From Gemmatimonadota bacterium (GTDB lineage Bacteria; Latescibacterota; UBA2968; UBA8231): a DNA stretch of 22,631 bases. The number at the start of each line of letters is the position of its first letter. Within the stretch, counting starts at the first letter, position 1. Positions 8,653-16,432 of the stretch are shown here, piece by piece. Both the position numbers and the translations under genes were made by a program. The DNA lies in NCBI GenBank assembly GCA_038153405.1, contig JAYOYH010000061.1, positions 1 to 22,631 on the forward strand, in the 5' to 3' direction. The notes beneath the pieces were generated by a model that was not told the DNA's origin, did not search any database, and saw only the letters and a list, made by a program, of their open reading frames with translations.

Positions 8653-9615
8653 ATGCCCGTGCTGCAAAGCGAATCAATGGGCGATCCGATCGGCCAATCG
8701 GTCGTCGAACAGATCGGCAATACGCCCCTGCTGCGCCTGCGAGACGATGCCATTCCCCCCGGCGTAGAGGTCTATGCCAAATTGGAGTATTTCAATCCGG
8801 GTGGTTCGGTTAAGGACCGACCAGCGCGCCGCATGATCGAAGATGGTGAGCGCGAAGGTAAGTTGTTGCCGGGCAAAACCATTCTCGATTCGACCTCAGG
8901 TAATACGGGAATCGCCTACGCCATGATAGGCGCGGCCAAGGGCTTTCCCGTCAAACTGGCGATGCCGGCCAACGTGAGCCGCGAGCGCAAGGCGGTGCTG
9001 GCCGCCTACGGCGCGGAAGTCGTCTACACGGATCCCGGCGAACTGTCCGACGGCGCCATTCTCGAAGCGCGCCGCATATACGAGGAAAACCCGGACGCCT
9101 ATTTCAAGCCCGACCAGTACAATAATCCGTCAAATTGGCAGGCCCACTTTGATACGACGGCGCCGGAAATATGGCAGCAGACACAGGGCCGGGTAACGCA
9201 CTTTATCGCGACCATTGGTACGAGCGGAACCGTCATGGGCACGGGCCGGGGGCTAAAGCAGTTCAACGACGCCATCCAGATCATTGCCGCCGAGCCGGCC
9301 GACCCGTTCCACGGTATTGAGGGGCTCAAACACATGGAAAGTTCCATTGTGCCGGGCATTTACGACGAGTCGTTTCTCGACCACAAAATCGCTGTCGATA
9401 CGGAGGATGCCTACGACACGGCTCTGCGCTTGCCGCGCGAGCACGGGGTGCTGGTCGGTCAGTCGTCGGGTGCAGCCTATTGGTCGGCCATAGAGGTGGC
9501 ACGGCAGCTGAGTGAGGGCGTCGTCGTGACGATCTTTTGCGATGGGGGCGATAAATACATGAGCACGCCCATGTGGCAAATCGCTCTAGAAGACCACGTG
9601 CAGATAAAGAGATAG
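8653..9615 (+). CDS. cysM: PLP-dependent cysteine synthase, CysM-like (start uncertain: 8596, 8653 or 8677)
   Basis: IGNTPL, KLEYFNPGGSVKDR (PLP lysine), STSGNTG, QYNNPSN, IGTSGTVMG, GIEGLKHM (CysM-type loop rather than CysK IQGIGAGF) and GQSSGA. Lies next to JAMM and Ubl genes. Confidence 0.85.
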   Translation: MPVLQSESMGDPIGQSVVEQIGNTPLLRLRDDAIPPGVEVYAKLEYFNPGGSVKDRPARRMIEDGEREGKLLPGKTILDSTSGNTGIAYAMIGAAKGFPVKLAMPANVSRERKAVLAAYGAEVVYTDPGELSDGAILEARRIYEENPDAYFKPDQYNNPSNWQAHFDTTAPEIWQQTQGRVTHFIATIGTSGTVMGTGRGLKQFNDAIQIIAAEPADPFHGIEGLKHMESSIVPGIYDESFLDHKIAVDTEDAYDTALRLPREHGVLVGQSSGAAYWSAIEVARQLSEGVVVTIFCDGGDKYMSTPMWQIALEDHVQIKR

Positions 9616-9625
9616 GGAGAGCGCC

Positions 9626-10129
9626 ATGACGACACTCGTCGTGAAACGAGCCGATTACGAACGCATTTGCACCCAGTCGCTCGATGAGTATGAGCAGGGG
9701 GAGTGCTGCGGCATGCTCACCTACGGTTCAGAGGGTCCGGCGGTCGAGGTGCACCCGTGCGAGAATATCCAGGGGGCGATGCATGAGAGCGATCCAGAGC
9801 AATATCCGCGCACCAACCTCAACGCCTACCTGATCGATCCCGGCGAGCAGCATCGCATCATCTCTGGGGCGGAAAAGCGCGGCGGCGGCATCGCCGGATT
9901 TTACCACTCGCACGTCGACTGCGATGCCTATTTTTCCGACGAGGACAAGGCCCAGGCCTGCGCCCTGTTCGGCGATGAGCCGACCTACCCCGATGCGCTC
10001 TACTTGGTCGTGTCCGTATACGGTCCGCGCTCTGCTTTGGAAGCGCCCGTGGTAAAGGGGCATAAGTGTTTTGCCTGGAGTGAAGACCGCGCCGACTTTG
10101 TCGAAGTCGCTGTGGAATTGGTCGACTGA
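9626..10129 (+). CDS. JAMM/MPN+ (M67) metallopeptidase, Mec-like
   Basis: ECCGML (catalytic Glu) and YHSHVDCDAYFSDED, matching HxH-x7-S-x2-D. GGGAG RBS. Confidence 0.9.
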   Translation: MTTLVVKRADYERICTQSLDEYEQGECCGMLTYGSEGPAVEVHPCENIQGAMHESDPEQYPRTNLNAYLIDPGEQHRIISGAEKRGGGIAGFYHSHVDCDAYFSDEDKAQACALFGDEPTYPDALYLVVSVYGPRSALEAPVVKGHKCFAWSEDRADFVEVAVELVD

Positions 10130-10137
10130 GCTCGAAG

Positions 10138-11988
10138 GTGCGTATCCGCCGCAGGTGGGCTTTGCTGTTGGCGCTGTCGGCCGGCGTCGTCCAATGGCTA
10201 GGGGGGCAGGACGCATTTCACTACGACGATTTCCACTCCATAGTGCACAACCCGCACCTGCGTTCGCTGGAGAACGTCCCGCGTTTCTTTGGCGATCCGG
10301 CGCTTTTTTCCGCCGACGCCAAGCAGGCCATGTACCGGCCCGTCGTCCTGACCACTTATGCGCTCAACTATGCGCTGGACGGGCTCGAGCCGCGCTCCTA
10401 TCGCCTGTTTAATATTTTCGTGCATGCACTCAACGCCGTGCTCGTCGTGTATCTGGTGCATGCCCTTGCGCGTCTGCCTGCAATCGCCTGGACGGCGGCG
10501 CTATGCTTCGCCTTTCACCCGCTGTCCGTCGAGTCGGTGCAGTACATTAGCAGCCGCTCGGAATCGCTCATGGCGCTGGGTCTGCTATCCGCGCTGCTGT
10601 GCTATCAGCGCTGGCAGGCGGCAGGTGGGCTGCACTGGTATGGCCTATCTTTAGGGGCATTTGCCCTATCTATCCTGAGCAAGTCGGTCGGCTGCGTAGG
10701 GCTGCTGCTGCTGCCGCTGTGCGATTGGCTGCAGGGGCGCCCCATTGTGCACAGGGGGCGGCTCTTGGCATATGCACCCTTTCTGGTGCTGGTCGGGCTC
10801 TACGTATCGATTTCTCACCAGGTCGTGGGTAAGGCCATCGGCGCACCGGTCCGCTCCTACGACGTGCAGCTGTGGACGCAGCTCAAGGCGTGGATCTACT
10901 ACGCGTGGATGGGCATCATGCCGGCGCGGCTGAGCGTCGAGCACCAGTTTTTCACCTCGCTCTCCTTTATGGAGCCGGCGGTGTGGTGGGCGCTGCTGCT
11001 GGCTGCTTCGCTGCTTTGGCTGGGCGTTGTTGCGCGCCAGCGCCTGCTGGTCTTTGCCATCGCGTGGTGCGCCCTTGCGCTGCTGCCTGCCTCGGTGGTG
11101 CCCCTGATCGTCCTGGTCAACGAGCACCGCCTGTACCTGGCCCTGGTAGGTGGGGGTATGGCGCTGGGATGGCTGGTCAATGCGGTTTATGCCAATGCGC
11201 CGAGGGTGGCTCTCAGCAGCGCGGCTGTTTATACTTTGTTATTGATCATAATGGCCTATGGCCGCGCCCAAGTTTGGCGCAGTGAAGAGGTCCTGTGGGA
11301 CGACGCGGCATCCAAGGCGCCGGGCATGCTCAAACCGCACCTGCGTTTGGGGGATGCGCTAGTCGGAGTGGGTGCGTACGAGCGCGCCGAAGCGGCCTAT
11401 GGCCGCGCGCTGCAGCTGCGTACTCAACATCCGGCTGCGCGCAATAATCTGGGCCTCCTCTACATGCGTCAGGGGCGTTTCGACGAAGCTGAGGTGCAGT
11501 TTCGCACGCTTTTAGACGTTTCGCCCGACATTGTGCAGGCGCGACTAAATTGGGCGCTGCTGCTGCTGCGCAGGGGCGCTTGGCGCGAAGCCGAGGCGGC
11601 CTACGAGGAAGCGCTACGCTACGGCGATACCGGCGGCGACGCGCAGAAAAAATTGGGTTATATCGCGCTGCACCACCGCTCAGATAGCCAGCGCGCGGTG
11701 GGCTTTCTGAGTGCCGGGTTGGCCCTACACCCCGATGCGCCGACCTGGACGGCCCTCGGCGTGGCTCTGCGCAGCGGGGGGGAAAATGGACGGGCCGAAG
11801 CGGCCTATCGCGCGGCGTTGGCCCTCGACGGGCAGAGCGCGGACACTTGGTTTAATTTGGCCAATTTATACCGCGATACAGATCGGCTAGACCTGGCGCG
11901 CGATGCCTATCGCCGCGTCGCCGAGGCCGCCGGCCATACGCTGGTCCAACGAGCCGTACAGGAACTGCAACTACTCACGCCACAATAG
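10138..11988 (+). CDS. TMTC-like GT-C membrane glycosyltransferase with C-terminal TPRs (copy 1)
   Basis: FHYDD...IVHNP, MYRP, FHPLSVESVQYISSRSE and NEHRLYL in a multi-TM region, then W.SE..LW and TPR repeats (ARNNLGLLY, TWFNLANLY). GTG start. Confidence 0.82.
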   Translation: MRIRRRWALLLALSAGVVQWLGGQDAFHYDDFHSIVHNPHLRSLENVPRFFGDPALFSADAKQAMYRPVVLTTYALNYALDGLEPRSYRLFNIFVHALNAVLVVYLVHALARLPAIAWTAALCFAFHPLSVESVQYISSRSESLMALGLLSALLCYQRWQAAGGLHWYGLSLGAFALSILSKSVGCVGLLLLPLCDWLQGRPIVHRGRLLAYAPFLVLVGLYVSISHQVVGKAIGAPVRSYDVQLWTQLKAWIYYAWMGIMPARLSVEHQFFTSLSFMEPAVWWALLLAASLLWLGVVARQRLLVFAIAWCALALLPASVVPLIVLVNEHRLYLALVGGGMALGWLVNAVYANAPRVALSSAAVYTLLLIIMAYGRAQVWRSEEVLWDDAASKAPGMLKPHLRLGDALVGVGAYERAEAAYGRALQLRTQHPAARNNLGLLYMRQGRFDEAEVQFRTLLDVSPDIVQARLNWALLLLRRGAWREAEAAYEEALRYGDTGGDAQKKLGYIALHHRSDSQRAVGFLSAGLALHPDAPTWTALGVALRSGGENGRAEAAYRAALALDGQSADTWFNLANLYRDTDRLDLARDAYRRVAEAAGHTLVQRAVQELQLLTPQ

Positions 11989-11997
11989 GAGGCAATA

Positions 11998-12276
11998 ATG
12001 GCTGTAACTGTCAATATTCCAACGCCATTGCGCAAACTGACGAACAACGAATCAGAGGTGTCTTTGGAGGCTGGTTCGGTTAGCGAACTCGTCGATAACC
12101 TCGAGGCGGCCTACCATGGCATCGCCGAAAAGCTGCTCGACGATAAGGGTGAGATTCGCCGCTATGTCAACGTGTTTGTCAACGACGAGGACATTCGCTT
12201 TCTCGACGGTAAGGCAACGGCACTGAAAGACGGCGACAATATATCAATCGTACCGGCCATCGCCGGCGGTTGTTGA
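11998..12276 (+). CDS. Ubiquitin-like sulfur carrier (MoaD/ThiS/CysO family) ending in GG-C
   Basis: VNIPTPLRKLT...RRYVNVFVNDEDIRFLDGKATALKDGDNISIVPAIAGGC. GGAGG RBS overlaps the upstream stop. Confidence 0.93.
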   Translation: MAVTVNIPTPLRKLTNNESEVSLEAGSVSELVDNLEAAYHGIAEKLLDDKGEIRRYVNVFVNDEDIRFLDGKATALKDGDNISIVPAIAGGC

Positions 12277-12297
12277 GCGCGATACCCAACGCCTTTA

Positions 12298-12340
12298 GTG
12301 GGGGCCGTTCGGCGCGCTGTCGTCCGGCCCCCATTCCTTT
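12298..12340 (+). terminator. GC-rich intercistronic hairpin (weak terminator or mRNA stabiliser)
   Basis: GTGGGGGCCG (12298-12307) pairs with CGGCCCCCAT (12325-12334), followed by TCCTTT. Confidence 0.45.
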
Positions 12341-12352
12341 AATGCCGCATAC

Positions 12353-14338
12353 ATGAACGTGCGCTCGGAGTGGTTCGTGGCGACGGCCCTGCTGGGCTCG
12401 GTGCTCCTTTTCGCCTACGGCAATTCGTTCGACAATGGGTTTCACTACGATGACTTCCACTCGTTGGTCGACAACCCGCACGTGCGTTCGCTTGATAACT
12501 GGCGCGCCTTTCTCAGCGATCCCACCGCATTTTCCTCCATGCCCGACCGGGCGATGTACCGCCCGTTGGTGCTCTTTAGCTACGCCTTTAACTATCGCCT
12601 AGACGGCTATGCCGTAGGCGGCTATCATCTGGTCAACTGGTTCGTCCACCTCGGCTCAGCGCTGGCCGTATGTGCGCTGGCGCGTGCGCTGACGGCCGGG
12701 GTCTGGGCGGCGCTGGCCGGTGCGCTGGTCTTTGCCCTGCATCCGCTGTGCAGTGAGCCGGTAAACTACATTAGCAGCCGCTCGGAATCGCTGTGTGCGC
12801 TCTTCTTCTTACTCGCGTTGATCGGCTATGTGCGCGGGCGCGGGGGCGATGGCCGCTGGCTCTTGTTGGGGTTGCTCTGCTTTGCACTGGCGCTATTGGC
12901 CAAGTCGGTGGCCTTAGTGCTGCCGCTGGCCCTGCTGTGGTACGAACTGGTCAACGGGCAGATGAGCAACGCCCTGCGCCAGCGCCGCCTCGTCGGCATA
13001 CACCTGGCGCACTGGCTGGTGGTAGTGTTCTACCTATTGCTGGCCCGCACGTGGCTGGGCGATTCGCTCGGCGAGCCGGTGCGTGCCTTTGATGTGCAGT
13101 GGATTACCCAGATCAAGGCCTTGGTCTATTACGCCTATCTGGCGCTTTTTCCGGTCCGGCTCAGCGTGGAGCAGCCCTTTTCCATATCGGAGAGTCTGTT
13201 GGACGGCGCAGTGCTGTGCGCGCTGGTGACCCTGTGTTCGCTGGCCTATTGCGCCCTGCGCGGTCGCGGCGCGGTGCTGCACATTCTCGGCTGGGCGCTG
13301 CTGCCGCTGCTGCCTTCTTCGCTGATGCCGCTCAATGTGTTGGTCAACGAGCATCGCATGTATCTGCCGTTGGCCCTGCTGTGCGTGGGACTAGCCTGCA
13401 CGGTCGACCGACTCATTGGCAGGCGCGCGGTGCTCGTGGCCGCGTGCGTGGGGCTGGTCGCCTTTGTCGGGATCAACCGATTGCGCAACGCCGATTGGTT
13501 GGACGAGCGCAGCCTGTGGCAGGATGCGGTAGAGAGGGCGCCCTTGGCCTACCGGGCGCATATGCATCTGGGCGAGGCGCTGGAACGGGCGGGGGAGCGC
13601 ACTTCGGCGCTGAAGCATTTCGAGCGCGCCGTTGAATGCGCGCCCGAAGCGGCCGAGCCGCACTACAATCTGGGCAACGCGCTGCGCGTTCGCGGGCGCT
13701 TAGAAGAGGCGCTGGAAGCCTACGGGCGCAGTCTGCAGGCGCGCGCTCACTTTGCCCCCGCGCTGCTCAACCGCGCTGCGCTCTTACAAGATCTGGGCCG
13801 CTACGACGGGGCGGAGGCGCTGCTGCGGCGCGGTTTGACTGAGGGCATCGGCGCGCGCTCGGAACTGCTGCGGCGCTTGGGCGTGCTCTACGGCAAGGGG
13901 GGGCGCTATGGACGGGCCGAGGAGGCGCTGCAGCAGGCGCTGCAGGCCGATCCGGCCCTAGTCGAAGCACAGTACAATCTGGGCAACGTATATTTTGAAG
14001 CAGGGCAGGTCGAGGCGGCTATGCGCACCTATGGGGCTGTTCTGGACAGGCGGCCCGCGCACGCCGGTGCGCGGCGAAATTGGGGTGAACACCTGCTGAA
14101 AACGGGCGAATATGAGCGAGCAAAGGCCCTTTTTTCCGAGGGCTTGCGCCTGCGGCCGGACGAGGTGATTTTTCACTACGGCGCGGCGCGGGCCTACGAA
14201 GCGCTCGGCCAAGGGCAGGCTGCGCTGATTAGCTATCGCCGCTTTGCTCAAGGGGCCGCTCTCGATGCGGCCGGACGGGCCGCCGTAGCGGCCCATATCG
14301 AGCGTTTAGAGCGCCAACTGCGCGGGGAGCAACAATGA
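12353..14338 (+). CDS. TMTC-like GT-C membrane glycosyltransferase with C-terminal TPRs (copy 2)
   Basis: NGFHYDD...DNP, MYRP, LHPLCSEPVNYISSRSE, NEHRMYLP and multiple TPRs (HYNLGNAL, QYNLGNVY). Stop overlaps the cysK start (ATGA). Confidence 0.84.
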   Translation: MNVRSEWFVATALLGSVLLFAYGNSFDNGFHYDDFHSLVDNPHVRSLDNWRAFLSDPTAFSSMPDRAMYRPLVLFSYAFNYRLDGYAVGGYHLVNWFVHLGSALAVCALARALTAGVWAALAGALVFALHPLCSEPVNYISSRSESLCALFFLLALIGYVRGRGGDGRWLLLGLLCFALALLAKSVALVLPLALLWYELVNGQMSNALRQRRLVGIHLAHWLVVVFYLLLARTWLGDSLGEPVRAFDVQWITQIKALVYYAYLALFPVRLSVEQPFSISESLLDGAVLCALVTLCSLAYCALRGRGAVLHILGWALLPLLPSSLMPLNVLVNEHRMYLPLALLCVGLACTVDRLIGRRAVLVAACVGLVAFVGINRLRNADWLDERSLWQDAVERAPLAYRAHMHLGEALERAGERTSALKHFERAVECAPEAAEPHYNLGNALRVRGRLEEALEAYGRSLQARAHFAPALLNRAALLQDLGRYDGAEALLRRGLTEGIGARSELLRRLGVLYGKGGRYGRAEEALQQALQADPALVEAQYNLGNVYFEAGQVEAAMRTYGAVLDRRPAHAGARRNWGEHLLKTGEYERAKALFSEGLRLRPDEVIFHYGAARAYEALGQGQAALISYRRFAQGAALDAAGRAAVAAHIERLERQLRGEQQ

Positions 14339-15252
14339 GAAAAGCCAATAGCGTACTCGAACTGATTGGAGCCACGCCCATCGTGCGCTTAGGGCGGGTG
14401 GCCGACGAGGGGATGGCCGAAGTGTGGGGCAAATTGGAGTCGGCCAATCCGGGGGGCAGCGTCAAAGACCGAATCGCCCTAGCTATGATCGAAGCGGCCG
14501 AGCGCGAAGGGCTACTCAAGCCAGGCGGCACGATTGTTGAGCCGACCAGCGGCAATACCGGCATTGGCTTGGCCATGGTGGCCGCCTACAAGGGCTATCG
14601 GCTCATCGTCACGATGTTTGATACGGCCAGCCGAGAGCGGCGCCTGCAGATGCAGGCCTACGGCGCCGAAGTGGTGCTGACACCAGCAGCCGAAGGCATG
14701 CGCGGGGCGATTGAACGCGCGATCGAACTAAAGCAAAAAAACCCAGAATATTTTCTGCCGCAACAATTTATGAATCCGGCTAATCCCGAGATGCACCGCC
14801 GCACTACCGGCAGCGAGATCCTCTCGCAGTTGGGCGAGGGCATCGACGCGTTTGTCGCTGGCGTCGGCACGGGAGGATCTGTTACCGGCGTGGGCGAAGT
14901 GCTCAAAGAGCGCATTCCGACCGTGCGCATCATTGCTATCGAACCGGCCGGATCGCCCGTCCTGTCGGGCGGCGAGCCGGGTTTCAGTTATATAGAGGGG
15001 ATTGGCGCGGGTTTTGTGCCGGAGATATTGAATCGCGAAGTCGTCGACGAGGTGCGGGCTATCGAGGACGATGAGGCTTACGAAATGGCGCGGCGGTTGG
15101 CGCGCGAAGAGGGTCTGCTGGTCGGCATTTCGGCCGGAGCTAATGCGGCTAAAGCCGTCGAAGTAGCGCGCGAATTGGGTCCGGGGCACGTCGTAGTCAC
15201 CATTCTGTGCGACAGCGGTCTGCGCTATCTGAGCACGCGCGCCTTCGAATAG
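14335..15252 (+). CDS. cysK: Cysteine synthase A (O-acetylserine sulfhydrylase)
   Basis: KLESANPGGSVKDR, EPTSGNTGIGLA, QQFMNPAN, GVGTGGSVTG, IEGIGAGFVP and D.G.RYLST. Confidence 0.9.
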   Translation: MRKANSVLELIGATPIVRLGRVADEGMAEVWGKLESANPGGSVKDRIALAMIEAAEREGLLKPGGTIVEPTSGNTGIGLAMVAAYKGYRLIVTMFDTASRERRLQMQAYGAEVVLTPAAEGMRGAIERAIELKQKNPEYFLPQQFMNPANPEMHRRTTGSEILSQLGEGIDAFVAGVGTGGSVTGVGEVLKERIPTVRIIAIEPAGSPVLSGGEPGFSYIEGIGAGFVPEILNREVVDEVRAIEDDEAYEMARRLAREEGLLVGISAGANAAKAVEVARELGPGHVVVTILCDSGLRYLSTRAFE

Positions 15253-15294
15253 GGGGCGAACGGGACCCTCTGAGGTTCCAGACCGGGCAAATAG

Positions 15295-15330
15295 AAGCGC
15301 CCGCTTTCCGGTGGGGAAGGCGGGCGCTTT
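15295..15330. terminator. Bidirectional terminator between convergent cysK and rpsT
   Basis: AAGCGCCCGCTTTCC (15295-15309) pairs with GGAAGGCGGGCGCTT (15315-15329). Confidence 0.75.
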
Positions 15331-15355
15331 GCCGTTGATAGGTGGAGACGGCGTC

Positions 15356-15610
15356 CTATTCCATGCCGCGCACAAAGTGGGTCAAACGCGACTTGTAGCG
15401 GGCGGCCGTGTTGCGGTGCAGGCGGCCTTTGCGCACTGTGCTGTCGACGACGGAGATGGCTTGGCTGAGGGCCGCTTCGGCCGTGCTGCGGTCCCCGGCA
15501 GAGCGCACCTTTTTAATGGCCGTGCGCATGCGAGAGGTGATGGCCTTGTTGCGCACCTGCGCCTTAAGGTTGTTGCGAAGTCTCTTCTTAGATGATTTCA
15601 GATTGGGCAC
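15356..15610 (-). CDS. rpsT: 30S ribosomal protein S20
   Basis: PNLKSSKKRLR...RNKAITSRMRTAIKKV...KGRLHRNTAARYKSRL. GTG start with GGAG RBS. Confidence 0.97.
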   Translation of the reverse strand: MPNLKSSKKRLRNNLKAQVRNKAITSRMRTAIKKVRSAGDRSTAEAALSQAISVVDSTVRKGRLHRNTAARYKSRLTHFVRGME

Positions 15611-15688
15611 TCTTGCACTCCTTTAACGAGGTTCAGGCAAAATATTCCAGCGTGTAAAGCGGTAGAATACCGCCCGTTTAAAATTTCA

Positions 15689-15701
15689 TAAGCTATTGTT
15701 A
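15689..15701 (-). promoter_or_regulatory. IHF-like binding site
   Basis: Minus strand TAACAATAGCTTA, one mismatch to WATCAANNNNTTR, in an AT-rich patch about 40 bp upstream of the sigma54 motif. Confidence 0.45.
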
Positions 15702-15742
15702 TTTCTTGGCCAGAGAGGGATGCAAACACCTTCCGTTTGCTC

Positions 15743-15758
15743 TGGCACGCCGCTTGCT
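15743..15758 (+). promoter_or_regulatory. Sigma54 (RpoN) -24/-12 promoter
   Basis: TGGCACGCCGCTTGCT matches TGGCACG-N4-TTGCW, giving a predicted start site near 15769. Confidence 0.8.
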
Positions 15759-15768
15759 AAAGTCTGTC

Positions 15769-15927
15769 CGACAAGTCAGTCCTACGGGACCGAGGGCGCC
15801 TTCGGATCGAGTGACCCCCAAGCGCTCGGCCGCAAGAGAGCGCCCGGCAATCGCAACCGGGACACGACGCAGTCTGAAAGCGGAAACGGGGTCGGCCACT
15901 CGCGGAAGGGGTGCCGGCCCCATTTTT
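15769..15927 (+). ncRNA. Candidate sigma54-dependent small RNA or attenuated leader, family not recognised
   Basis: Bounded by the sigma54 promoter and an intrinsic terminator. Contains consecutive hairpins GTCC-TACG-GGAC, GCGCTC-N10-GAGCGC and CCGG-N9-CCGG, with no credible ORF. Confidence 0.55.
15888..15927 (+). terminator. Intrinsic terminator
   Basis: GGGGTCGGC (15888-15896) pairs with GCCGGCCCC (15913-15921), followed by ATTTTT. Confidence 0.75.
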
Positions 15928-16160
15928 AACCTTATGGCGGAAACGAATCTCATTAAAATAATGGCCTCTCTGCTAATTTGCAAGGGTTCCGCACTGCACT
16001 TCCTTTCGCCTTGCGGATGGATCCATTCCATCCGATGGGTGCGTTGCTATGGGCACAGGTATTGGATCGCTTGGTTGGGGGATAGCCGATGGGAAAAATA
16101 TGTTGAAGTTTGAAGTTTGCCTGCCGATAAGTAGATGTAAGGATTCGAACGTCTGGAAAG

Positions 16161-16180
16161 GTGGACACGCACATGTCCAC
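16161..16180. promoter_or_regulatory. Palindromic candidate operator
   Basis: GTGGACA-N6-TGTCCAC perfect inverted repeat, 20 bp upstream of a TTGACG hexamer at 16201. Confidence 0.4.
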
Positions 16181-16432
16181 TATAAGCGAGTAAAAGAGAC
16201 TTGACGAAAAAAAATCACATGCGAATACCAACACCTAATTATAGGAGGGATGGCTCTAAGGAGGTAGAACGCTTTCTCAATCGTCTGAGGGAATCGGAGG
16301 TCCGTGGGGGCGGACGGCCGCTTTCTTCTTCCGCACTGAGTTGGCAGGTGACCGATAGGGAAATGGGTCGCAGCCGACGAGTTTGTTCCGCTTTCAGCAA
16401 ATCTAGTCGTGTCCATGGAAGGAGTTTCTAAC

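Noticed and set aside
9626..12276. Bacterial ubiquitination or antiphage (CBASS/Bil-like) system from JAMM plus Ubl
   Set aside because: No E1, E2, nucleotidyltransferase or effector is present, and the flanking cysteine synthases point to sulfur transfer.
12274..12342. Possible selenocysteine readthrough (GG-C-TGA followed by a hairpin, in-frame TAA at 12340)
   Set aside because: The hairpin starts about 22 nt after TGA and looks like a terminator or stabiliser. The 21-aa extension is featureless, and Ubl carriers normally end at or just after GG.
15769..15927. CsrB/Rsm-type RNA or c-di-GMP/c-di-AMP riboswitch identity for the candidate RNA
   Set aside because: The GGA triplets are mostly in stems rather than ANGGA loops, and the conserved riboswitch cores were not found by eye.
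15696..16431. Short ORFs 15696-15929, 15699-16031, 15706-16113, 15953-16234 and 16201-16431
   Set aside because: No recognisable motifs or convincing RBS, and they overlap promoter, hairpin and terminator elements.
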